This document shows, piece after piece, positions 13,586 to 25,226 of a stretch of DNA of 64,000 bases. Every line of letters begins with the position of its first letter. Positions within the stretch are counted from its first letter, which is position 1. The position numbers were made by a program, and so were the translations under genes. Below the pieces are notes generated by a model. That model was not told where the DNA came from and searched no databases. It worked only from the letters and a program-made list of their open reading frames with translations. This DNA comes from Octopus vulgaris (Eukaryota), in the NCBI GenBank assembly GCA_951406725.2, contig OX597822.1, forward strand, positions 33,728,001 through 33,792,000, given 5' to 3'.

Positions 13586-13646
13586 CCCCTTCTTCAGTCG
13601 CTATGGTTTCATCTACTCTACGTTTCGAAGGTGAAAGCGAGACGTA
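13586..13646 (-). ncRNA. Putative non-circularly permuted hammerhead ribozyme
   Basis: Minus strand TACGTC-TCGCT-ttca-CCTTC-GAAACGTA-16 nt-AGCGA-CTGAAGA-AGGGG; all three stems can form around an intact core. Confidence 0.65.
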
Positions 13647-14420
13647 TCTTCGACAAGAAACTTTCCTTCCTGCGAAAAGCAAATCAATTAAAATTCTGAG
13701 ATCTTTTCGCAGAGGGGTAAAAAATGGTAACAAAAACAGGACAGTAACGACAGTACAAATTATAAACAGTAAAAGACAGGACAAGGAAAAACAAGATAAG
13801 AAGGGCTGTTAACGCCGAACGAAAAAAAGTATTGCGAACGCGGATTTTTTTGTGAACGACGAGCGGAGCAAAAAGAATTGTCGTCCATACCTCGAGAGGG
13901 TAAGGGTAGAAAGACAGTAGCGGAAGTCTCGTCGCGGGTCAACGACGGGAGGGGGGGGGAGGAGCAAGAGAAAGGGAGAGAAGAAGGGGAATGGTTGTGA
14001 GGAAACCATGAAGAATGAAGAGGGTAAGAGAGAGAGAGTGAAGAATGAGAGAGAGGAAGAGACAAGTTAAGTAGAGGAAAAGGAAATCAAAGAATGAAGG
14101 CTGAGAAAGGGATGGGACAGAAAGGTTAAGAGTGCGCATCAAAGTTAATATCAAGAACAAAACTTAATATAAAGAACAATCTTACTTAAAAAGGGATGCG
14201 TGCGTTTCGTCATATAATATATTAATAAATAAAAATAAAAAATATGCATATATATAAACATATATGTACGTACCTACCTCTACATGTACATATATACGCA
14301 TATATGAGTACAGGACGCCAAAAAGTCGTCGAACACAATGAGAAACGAAAACATAGACACAAACCAAAGGAACTGGACATTTTTTTAAACAACAAAAAAT
14401 AGAGTACAGGACAATTATAA

Positions 14421-14504
<84 letters not shown>

Positions 14505-14563
14505 GAGAGGAGAAATAGCTATAACTATACACACACACACATATATATATATTTATGTATGTA

Positions 14564-14630
<67 letters not shown>

Positions 14631-14792
14631 GTTTATACAAACATACATATGCACGCACACACGCATGTACGGGTGAGTGGGCAAACGAAAGAAAGAGGCA
14701 TTCAATACATTTAGGTCTTTTATTATGAGTGTGTGTGTGTATGTGCATGTATATATGGGTGTTTATATATGTGTGAGTGTATATATAGATAT

Positions 14793-14836
<44 letters not shown>

Positions 14837-14838
14837 CT

Positions 14839-14869
<31 letters not shown>

Positions 14870-15142
14870 CATACATACATACATATATACATGCATACAT
14901 GTCTATACATACATGCATGCATGCATATGATGCGTACATAAGGTGTGTATACATTTCCTGTCGTACACAAATGGCTATTTTAAATTTGATGCTGTTTCAA
15001 ATGCATACACCGTGCTTTGTCTCCACCCCACCAAGCTTTCATAATATCAGTGAAAGTTGTATTGTCTGTTTCCTATAAATCGAACAACCAATGTCGTATA
15101 AGCAAGTGACAATAGGCTGCATAGCACTGACAAGTTTGAATA

Positions 15143-15557
15143 AAGGCGCAGGAGTGGCTGTGTGGTAAGTAGCTTGCTAAACAACCCCATGGTTCCGGGT
15201 TCAGTCCCACTGCGTGGCATCTTGGGCAAGTGTCTTCTGCTATAGCCCCGGGCCGACCAATGCCTTGTGAGTGGATTTGGTAGACGGAAACTGAAAGAAG
15301 CCTGTCGTGTATATGTATATATATATATATGTGTGTGTGTGTTTGTGTGTCTGTGTTTGTCCCCCTAGCATTGCTTGACAACCGATGCTGGTGTGTTTAC
15401 GTCCCCGTCACCTAGCGGTTCGGCAAAAGAGACTGATAGAATAAGTACTGGGCTTACAAAGAATAAGTCCCGGGGTCGATTTGCTCGACTAAAGGCGGTG
15501 CTCCAGCATGGCCGTAGTCAAATGACTGTAACAAGTAAAAGAGTAAAAGAGTAAAGA
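15143..15557 (+). mobile_element. SINE family A
   Basis: Near-consensus copy with (TA)n(TG)n slot and AAAAGAGT tail. Confidence 0.88.
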
Positions 15558-16226
15558 GTGTCAGTTTGTTCTAGTGACTCACTGCAGCGACATTGTTCTC
15601 TCTCCAATATGCTATGACGACGAAGGTTCCGGTTGATCCGATCAATGGAGCAGCCTGCTCGGAAAATTAATGAGCCAGTGGCTGAGCACTCCACAGACAC
15701 GCGTACCCTTAACGTAGTTCTCAAGAAGGAATTCTAGTCGTGTTTTGATTAGGGTGTACATAAAAGAAGAAACGCCGTGCAAATATATATATATACTCAT
15801 ACCGGTGCAAAAAGAGAAAAGGCACACACATATAAGATATAAATGAACACACATATAAAAAAAATAGTAGTGTATATATGTGTGTATGCAAAACATACGT
15901 ATATACGCAGATACACACGTTCCTATTAAACGATACATGTTAGTGGTAACATATGGTAAATAAACACAAAATAATAAATATGCACACACTGATGACATAT
16001 AAGATCCATACTCAGATATGCACACATAGTTGTAGACATGTAGGACACCAAGAAGTACTATATGTGCATACATGTTTGCATATATCAGCAGTAAAATATT
16101 TTTAATTACCAGGTATAGCGACAAGTAACATAAACCAGTAGTAGTTAGAATGGGTATGTTGAGGGGGTTTAAATGGACATATTGTGCAAATAAAATAAAA
16201 TACAAAAAATTATAGGTACATTATAT

Positions 16227-16624
16227 ACTCTTTTTGACTCTTTTACTCTTTGACTTGTTTCAGTCATTTGACGGCGGCCATGCTGGAGCACCGCCTTTAG
16301 TTGAGCAAATCGACACCAGGACTTATTCTCTTGTAAGTCTAGTACTTATACTATCGGTCTATTTTGCTGAACCACTAACTTAAGGGGACATAAACACACC
16401 AGCATCCGTTGTCAAGCGATGTTGGGGGGGACAAAAACAGACACACAAACATATACATATATATGACGGGCTTCTTTCAGTTTCCGCCAACCAAATCCAC
16501 TCACAAGGCTTTGGTCGGCTCGAGGCTATAGTAGAAGACATTTGCCCAAGGTGCCACGCAGTGGGACTGAACCCAGAACCATGTGGTTGGTAAGCAAGCT
16601 ACTTACACACAGCCACTCCTACGT
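16227..16624 (-). mobile_element. SINE family A
   Basis: Reverse-complement copy. Confidence 0.85.
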
Positions 16625-17947
16625 CTCACATATACTTCACATATACTAAGGAAAGATATAATTTTTTTCAAAAAAACCCAGACATATTGAGAGAAAAGGA
16701 GGTGTAGGGAGAGATAGATAAAGTGTTAGCCCTGTATATGGTGGGTCATGCAATTGTTAGAAGGAAATTTCAAATAAAAAAAATTCCAAGATAGTATAAG
16801 ATATAGTGATGTAAACGGGGTGTGATGAGTAATCGTATTCCATAGAAAAAGATAATATTTAGAAATATTTTTCAAAAACACCAAAAAAACTAATCTAAGC
16901 AAAGTAGGGTGAAGAATTATTTAAGATTGATAAATAGGAATTTGGTCATGTGTTTACATAAGCACACTTTTTCATCCCTAGTATTAACAAAATTTCCATT
17001 CATTCTCATTATGCTATAGCTTTCTTCCAAACACAAGCTACAAAAAATTATTATTATTTCTGATAGGATTTTCCAAGAAATTGAGAAATCAGTATTTTTT
17101 CTTTTGAGGTGCAAAATGTTTTTTTAGATAGACCTGTGCTATTCTCTTTTCTAGGGTCCCTAAAAGAAGATCGGTGATTATAAATTCTCGATTTAAGTGA
17201 AGTTTTCGTGCAACCCTCGTATATGTATTTAGAGGAATCCTGAGTAATAATAGTTATTTGGTATACAACTTCTTTCATTTTGCAATTTCTATCTACTTCA
17301 CAGGCATTTGGGTCCCTACAATTACAATTTGAATTAGGGGGTAGTACTATGGTGTTATGTCTATATTTATTAGTGATAATGGAGCTTTGGTTATTATCAT
17401 TATAGTAGTTGTTAATTATAGGATTATTGGAGGTACTAGATACATTGATCGTAGTTTTTTTATATTTTAGAATAGATCCAGTTTCTTGTTAAAAGAAGAG
17501 ATTATCCTAAAGTGATTTGGGGAGACTGAAAATCCAAGTCTTATTTTTTCATTGTTAAATATTTTAGCATATTTAGGGTTTTTGAAGTTTTTATTAATTA
17601 TCATTCTAATGGATCTAATAAAGTTAGATTTTAGATGTTTGACGAAAGGAATTATGATCCAAGTAGTGTTAATGCTGTTTTCTTTATTGGAATGATGGGT
17701 TGTGTTTGGTGGGGTCAGCTATTCTCACACAAGGTATTGGTTTATTTGTTGCTATTCTATCCCCATCTATATTGAGTTCTATGGTTACGTGCATTATTGA
17801 AGGGATTAGGTGAGTTTAGATTTTTCTGTTTATTGGTTTAATATTACTATTTTTATCTATAAGTATACAATTTTGGTGTTTGTTGTCAGTATTCTTGGGT
17901 TTATTAATATTAATAATACTGTGGTTAGTAAGGTGGGAATTGCTAAA

Positions 17948-18028
<81 letters not shown>

Positions 18029-18031
<3 letters not shown>

Positions 18032-18293
18032 TAGTATATTTTTTATATCGTGCTTTCACTTCACTACCGAGCGCAGCTCTGTGTGCCTTGGGTATGTGCT
18101 GTGATTTGTTGTGATGCTCTGATGGTTATTGTATGGAAAGTGTTCTGCGTAAGATGTGTGCAATGCCTAGTAGTGCAATTTTCTGTATGTTATATGTGTT
18201 TGTAAGTCCTGGTGTTTTTGTTATGTATTTGTCTGAATAATTTTTTATCATGCCTAATGCACCTATTATCATAGGAATTGTTTCTGTTTTTAG
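18029..18293 (-). mobile_element. 5'-truncated R4/Dong-like LINE, family 3, flanked by (TAA)n
   Basis: LKTETIPMIIGALGMIK...IQKIALLGIAHILRRTLSIQ* plus 3' UTR; (ATT)n at 17948-18028 and 18294-18375. Confidence 0.8.
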
Positions 18294-18294
18294 A

Positions 18295-18375
<81 letters not shown>

Positions 18376-18377
<2 letters not shown>

Positions 18378-19482
18378 TATGTTTGACTTTTGCTTTATAT
18401 TTGTACAAGTTGGCTCCAAGTCTCACCCAGAGACCTCAAGAGACAACAGGTTGGAAGTTCACGTTGTTGTTATGCCTAGTGTGTCATATATTTGGGTTTT
18501 TTGGTGTTGTACTAGTGAATGTCTAATAAAAAAAATTCTTTGTTTTAAACCTTGAGATTACATAGAAAGTATTTTGCGTAGGATATGAGCAGTTCCCATG
18601 AGCACTATCTTTTGAATTTCTGTCATTTTGGGGTTTCCTGGTATCTGAGTTAGGTAGTAATCAGCTCCTTTCGCTATCATTCCCAGGGCACCTATGACAA
18701 CAGGTATTGTTTGTCTTCAGGTTCCACATTTTGCTGATTTTTATTTCAAGATCTTTATATTTGCTCAGTTTTTGGTAGGTCTTGACAGATACGTTTATAT
18801 CGATTGGGACAGTCATATCAATGAGGAGGCATGTTCTTTGTCTGAAGTCTTTCAATATGATGTCTGGCCTATTTGCATCTATCTTTCTGTCAGTTTGAAT
18901 GGTGAATCTCCAGAGGAGTGAGATGTGGTAATTTTCAAGCACTGGAGGTGGTTTGTGTTCCCACCAGTTTTTTTCGTGTTGAGGCACTCTGTAGGCGCTA
19001 GAAGACTGCACTTGGAGACAACATGATCAATGGTTTCATTTTGTTGTTGACATACACGACATGTTGGGCTACTGCCGTTCTTTAATATGTTGGCCTGGTA
19101 GTTTCTTGTTGGTAGGCATTGATCTTGAGCTGCTATGATAAACCCCTCTGTTACAGATTTTAAGCCAGAGGCCATTAGCCATTGATGGGTCAGGGCTTTG
19201 TCAACATCTGCATTATTCGGTCTCTTTGGGTATTTGCCATAGAGAGGTTTTTCTTGCCATTTATCATTCAGAATATCTAAGGCAGCAGTTTTAGCACGGG
19301 TTTTCATGCGCTTAGCTTTTTCTGTGCTTGTTTCTTGTATGTCTATCTCTAATTCCGAAATTTGTTGTATTCGGAATTCACTTAGATATTCCTTTGCCTG
19401 TTTTGTTACTGAGTATGATGCTTTCTTGTTTTCCTGTTTTGAGACAAGTTTTAACATCCAGTCCTAAGAGTTTTTTAACATC
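18376..19482 (-). mobile_element. 5'-truncated R4/Dong-like LINE, family 1, flanked by (TAA)n
   Basis: CCHC knuckle CRVCQQQNETIDHVVSKC, RPDIIL, KLSKYKDL; same family as 57857-58620. Confidence 0.88.
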
Positions 19483-19512
19483 CAGTCCTCCTCCTCCTCC
19501 TCCTCTTCCTCC

Positions 19513-19545
<33 letters not shown>

Positions 19546-20937
19546 TTTTTCTTTAGTAAAGTTATGGTTATGGTGCTCGTATTGATTAAGTTTATTAGTA
19601 TGTTTACTATAGATGTGACTTTCGTGTTTTTTGCTAAAGATATGTTGATGACTATTATTGATGGTTTTTTTATACGATTATTGGAATGTACTAATTCATC
19701 AGGTGACTTAGGTTCACTAATATTTATCTACGTTATTCATTTCATGATAAAGTTTGGTATTATTAATATTGATGCTGACGTTTTTATTATACTTAATTTC
19801 ATATTTATATCCTGCCATTTTAAGTGCTAGGTTATAGTAGTCTTTATGTTTGTTAAATATTTCTTCATTAGATGATAAGAGAGTAATTCTTCTCTCTATG
19901 CCAGGTTTTCTATATGGATGGTTACTTTGTGCGTTTATGTATGTGATAGTGTTGTTAGGTTTATGGTAAGGCTGGGGGGTGGAAGTATTGAGATTGAAGT
20001 TAATGTCTAGGAAGTTTACAGAGTTGTTAACTTTTTCAATGGCAATGGAGAGTCCTTGGTTTTTAAAAAAATTGTGTAGTCTTTATTTCTAGAGTTCAAG
20101 TTTTCTGTTGAAGGTACTTCTAACTAAGAATAGAGTATCGTCCCGGTAAAGTCCACCTTCTATTTCAGGGAATTCTTCTTTAAGTTGTAGGTAAATACCG
20201 ACTAAATCGGTTATCTGTGTGGAGTCTTGCGCGCCCATGGGTACATCGAAACAGTCTGGTGCATCTTTCCCTATTCAATATTTACCTTCATGAAATATTA
20301 TATCTTTCTAGCTTCAACTATTATTTTTATTTCTTTCATTGATAATTTAGTCCTATTCTTGGCGAAGATAAGTGCCTTATTAAGTTAATGGATTGGTAAT
20401 AGTTGTCTATGTCCAGTTGAATGAATTTAGAGTTTTTCTTATCTTGTAGATTAGTGAACCAGTTAATTGCATCTAATATTTTTTACCACAGGTGGAGTTT
20501 TATTTTGGATTTCAATAATTTTAGGTATTTGTCTATGTAATTTAGCTAAGGTTTCCGATGTCAGATTCACAAGGGCAGATGAGCCTTACATTTGGATCAG
20601 TATGAAATTTAGGTTTGTGGTCTTTTAGGCTAATTCTAGGTCTAGATGGTTCATAAAATTCAGTTATGTCGTCAATTCGGTATGCACTCATTATTTCTTT
20701 GGCTTTAATATTAACAGATTTTAGAACATCTTTATTTATAATCTTATATTTCATTGTAATTTCTTTGTGTAGGAGGTTATGGTATAGATCTACATCTACG
20801 TTGTATAGATTTCCGGTTTTATCGGACTGTACTATTACACCTTTTAATTTTCGAAGTTCATTAACTTTATGCTTCAAATAACGAAGGTGATTATTCCTGA
20901 GGACTTTTTTCGTAAACATAATATTTCTAAGTAGATT

Positions 20938-20974
<37 letters not shown>

Positions 20975-21125
20975 CACACACATATATATGTGCGCACATG
21001 CGTGGTTGTGTATATATGTATATGTATATATATATGTGTGTGTGTGTGCGTGTGTATATATTTATATATATATATATGTGTATATATATATGTGTGTATA
21101 TACAATATATATACATGTATGTATG

Positions 21126-21179
<54 letters not shown>

Positions 21180-21186
<7 letters not shown>

Positions 21187-21910
21187 GGAGAATTCGCAAA
21201 AAAACAAAACACGAAAACAGGTGGTGTAGACAACAAACAGATGTATTAGTTTAACGCTCGGGAAGTGAAAAAGTAACGTTTCGAGCCTACGCTCTTCCAC
21301 AGAAAGGAACCCAGAAAGAAACAAGGAAAGAAAATAAAGAATGTGTAGTGGCTAGCGATCTATCATGGTGAAATATAATATAAATAATATATATATATAT
21401 GCTTTCACACACACACACACACGCACACACACATGCATACATTGGTACAGGACGTCACCGACAGTAAACACCATGAAATACGAAGACAAATGAGGGCAAT
21501 ACGCAAACAACGAGAGAAAAAATGGAAAACACGACAAGTAACATACAGAACGACCCTTTATCAGTTGTCAGCTCTCTATCTACTCCTCACTTCGAGCATA
21601 TGTGTATATGTATGTATGTATGTATGTTTTCGTTTGGTTTCCTTGCATGTCTCCACTGTCCTGTTTTGCTTCCGACTTCGACCCTCCATAAATCCAAATT
21701 TTTATTTTGGTACTTATGGAAACAACTGTCTTCGAAGACTCATATTGTCGTTCAGTGTTGGAAATGATGAGTAGATAGACAGCCGGCGACTGATGAAGGG
21801 TCGTTCTTTATGTTACTTGTCCTGTTTTCCATTTGTTTCTCTCGTTGTTTGCGTATCGAACTCATTTGTTTTCGTATTTTATCTAGTCTACTGTCGATGA
21901 CGTCCTGTAC
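21180..21910. mobile_element. Penelope-like pseudo-LTR fragments with a 140-bp inverted repeat (21445-21585 / 21769-21910) and hammerhead-like motifs
   Basis: Reverse-complement match; degenerate type I core CTGTGGA-A-GAGC(GTAG)GCTC-GAAACGTT at 21275-21306 minus; permuted cores. Confidence 0.6.
21740..21800 (+). ncRNA. Second, partly degenerate copy of the permuted hammerhead motif
   Basis: TCATA-TTGTCG-ttca-GTGTTG-GAAATGA-16 nt-CGGCGA-CTGATGA-AGGG; stems I and III pair, stem II closing pair broken. Confidence 0.55.
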
Positions 21911-21921
21911 TTATACGTGCT

Positions 21922-21978
<57 letters not shown>

Positions 21979-22009
21979 GTATATATATATATACATATAC
22001 ATATACATA

Positions 22010-22053
<44 letters not shown>

Positions 22054-22246
22054 CATATATGTATTCATATACACACATATACATATATATATGCGTGTAT
22101 GTGCATGTATATATATATGTGTGTGTGTATGTGTGTGTATATATATATGTATGTGTATGTATGTATGTATGTATATATATATATATGTATATATATATGT
22201 GTGTATGTATGTATGTATATATATGTGTGTGTATGTATATGTGTAT

Positions 22247-22294
<48 letters not shown>

Positions 22295-22295
<1 letters not shown>

Positions 22296-23097
22296 TAGCA
22301 GCATAGCCCGGCGTTGCCCGGGTATGTAACAGCCCCTAGTAGGCAACGACTAATCCCAATCTAGTCCCTTCCCTCTAGGGAACGAAGGCGCATGTGTAGG
22401 TTGCAATGTCTTCTCTTCACTCCCAAATAACTATCAAACAGCTATCGATAATTCAACCCAACCAATTCCTACCAGGAAGAAATTACATTCGAGACTTTAC
22501 CCTCTTCACCGCCACTTCTGCTAATAGCTGCTGCAGCCGCAAGTTATTCTAATACTTTTTTTTGTTTAACTTTCTTTATAACTACCACCCCAAACGTTTT
22601 ACCTTAAATTTTTGACGTACCCTAAGGGTCCTCGGACGCTACTTGCAAACTCTTGGTTTATTATAAACCGCTTATGTCGTGTGCATCAAAAAACCTTTTC
22701 CATTCGTTTGTTCAGTTTGGTCACTTTTGACTTTTTCGTTGTTGTCACTCACATTGCTGCCCGCTTTTTTGCCGTTTTTGTACATTTTTATACATTTTGG
22801 GATACTTACCCCACGTGTTCCGAGAGTTAAAAAGGTTGAGTTGCGTCCCCTAGACAGTCTGTAGAAAATGTGATGCATATAAAAAACTTAGATTCTCGAC
22901 CCATGTCGAATTTATCGACTTATTTTCAGAACTGGGGGAACTTTTCAAAATTTTCGCTGCGTTAGTTTTGAATTATGACATTGGGCTATGTGTGTGTCAA
23001 GTTTCATCAGAATCGGTTGAAAGCCGTGGTCAGGGTGAGGGTACAACCTGACAGACACACACACACACACACAGACAAACTGCCGTTTATATATAGA
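22295..23097 (-). mobile_element. Non-autonomous Helitron
   Basis: Minus strand A|TCTATATATAAACGGCA ... hairpin CCCGGGCAACGCCGGG ... CTAG|T. Confidence 0.85.
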
Positions 23098-24005
23098 TAT
23101 ATATATATATATATATGCGCGCATGTGTGTGTATACGTGTGTGTATGTTTGTCACCCCCACTGCTGAACAATTGGTATAGGTTTGTTTACGTCCCCACAA
23201 CGTAAACGGTTCAGCAAAAGAAAAGGATAGAATAGCTGTCAGACTTTAGGGGAAAAAATAAACATATGTACGGGTGTGAATATTTTTTTTTTGTTGCTAA
23301 AACTTCTTTAATGCGTGCTGTAGCCTGGCCACAGTCCAGTGACTGAAACAAGTAAAAGATCAGAGAGGTTTTGCACTAAGATGTTGCCAATGGTTGATAA
23401 AATTTTATTACCCTTAGTGGACAATAAAAAATTATTGGGAATTAATCTTTTAAAGTGACGTATAAAACCATGATAACGATCAAATATTGAAAGCATGCCA
23501 TCCTTTTCTTATGCAATAACATTTGTACGAAGGATTTGTTTGTCATTGAAAAATTTCTTCAATGTCTTATATTATGTTTCCGGTTGTTCAGTAAATTACA
23601 ATTCGTTCTTAATCTCTTGATTTGTATTGATACTCGAGCCGTCAATTAATGACGGAGATACTGTTGAAAAAAGTGTCTGATGAAAGTTGCCAATGGATGT
23701 AAATAAAAAAAATGCCAAAATAACAGGAAAATAAGTAAATTATATTTATCACTCCCCAAACATTGTACAGGTTTGATTACTTTTAGTAGTTGCAATACGT
23801 TGTAGTCAATAATTCATTTGTTATTCTACATCATGTTATTTTCCGCAATAAATGCTCAACCTAATTTCACAAATGTATTCAAAACTACCGAAATATATGC
23901 ATATTGATACACGGGTTCACGATTACATATATTTTCTGTAGGGTTTTGAAGGGACAACAGGCTTAGTTTATGAAAAACATGCGCATTTAAGACATATTTA
24001 ACACA

Positions 24006-24396
24006 TCTATATATATAAAGCTGAAGTTGTCTGTGTGTGGCAGGCTTGGTAGCCTTCAACTAACACTATCTCCCCCGAGACCCTGCGGCGCAAATTGACC
24101 AAAATTGATAGTATGATAGAAGAAGGCTTGCTCTTCCTTCCGTAGAAGAAAAAATTCAAATCGGACCATGTTAATACCAAAAATTATTTACATTAAAAAG
24201 GTGCTTTTTTTTCTATGAAAATCCCTATTTTTTACGATTTTTTTACTGCTGTGTCGCCATTTTTCGGTGTATTTCAACCAAAGAAATGTTCACTTAAAGA
24301 GAATAACAAGCTACATGATGCAAACTTTTTACTTTTCAAAAATTCCAATTCTAAAGGGTCGAAACAAACCCGAGCAACACCAGGCGGTACTGCTAG
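24006..24396 (+). mobile_element. Non-autonomous Helitron (termini shared with 11415-11803, different interior)
   Basis: A|TCTATATATATAAAGCTGAAGTTGT ... ACAAACCCGAGCAACACCAGGCGGTACTGCTAG|T. Confidence 0.82.
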
Positions 24397-24917
24397 TTCT
24401 GTACAAAAGCTACAAATGTACATAGGAATTACAAATCATATTCACAGCAAAAGTTCCTGAAGAGCAATATTTCAATATTTTTTTGTACAGACATGAAGCG
24501 GAACGAACACACCTTGGCCTTTAGAATTTTCAGTCTGTAATTTCATATCAGTTCTGATTTTTGTTCTGTTTAAATCAAAGAATTCATGAATTCTGTGTAA
24601 TAAGTAAATAGTCTAAAGTTGAACACATGATACCACTCATTAAGTAATTAGGTAATAGCGGAATGTAATGGAATATATGAAGTAAAATAATTAATAGTGG
24701 AATAAGTGTAAACATAATACAAATACGTATAGCGTATTAAATATATATTGATGAGACATAGGTTGTTGTATATTGATTAGATTTATCAATGAGAAGAAAG
24801 AAAAAAATAATGTGATCATCAGAATTTATGAATATAAAAACATTAGCAGAGCATTCTAAAATGAGCTATCGAATATAGAAAATAAATAGAATGGACTCCA
24901 ACCCGAATAATTTAGAG

Positions 24918-25226
24918 TAGTGGTTCTCAATATAAGGGGTTTTTTTTTGGGCGGGGGAGGTCCATAATTTAGAGTAGTGGTTCTCAATATAAGGTTTTTG
25001 GGGGGTCCACGCAACAAAATAGTATTTTAAGGGCTCCTGAAAAAAATTTACTTTAAATGCAAGGAACTGTTTGGATTTTTACATAGTTCAACCTACAAAA
25101 GTTAATGTGAAAACAAAACAGGAATTTTGAAAGAAATATCTTTAAATATCGAATGGCTAAGGGGGTCCACCAGAATAAAATAGTAATCAAAGGAGTTCAT
25201 AGGTAAAAATTGGTTGTGAACCCCTG
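24918..25226. mobile_element. hAT (Charlie-like) MITE
   Basis: TAGTGGTTCTCAA ... TTGTGAACCCCTG termini; 8-bp TSD ATTTAGAG/ATTAAGAG; left end locally duplicated at ~24965-24995. Confidence 0.6.

Larger units (their letters stand above)
13140..14420. mobile_element. Penelope-like pseudo-LTR cluster: plus-strand piece 13140-13350 facing a minus-strand tandem with ~200-bp direct repeats (13370-13570, 14218-14415)
   Basis: Near-identical direct repeats, partial-tandem plus inverted layout typical of PLEs, hammerhead cores. Confidence 0.6.
16640..20938 (-). mobile_element. Decayed Penelope-like retroelement (RT, Cys linker, GIY-YIG), interrupted by Dong-like LINEs
   Basis: RT motifs SDKTGNLY, LKDHKP, FDVPMGAQDS (~20221-20250) and GGLYRDD (~20138-20157); NCNCRDPNACEVDRNC linker; GIY-YIG VVYQI...YEGCT...RIYNH (16917-17278); boundaries approximate. 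Confidence 0.8.
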
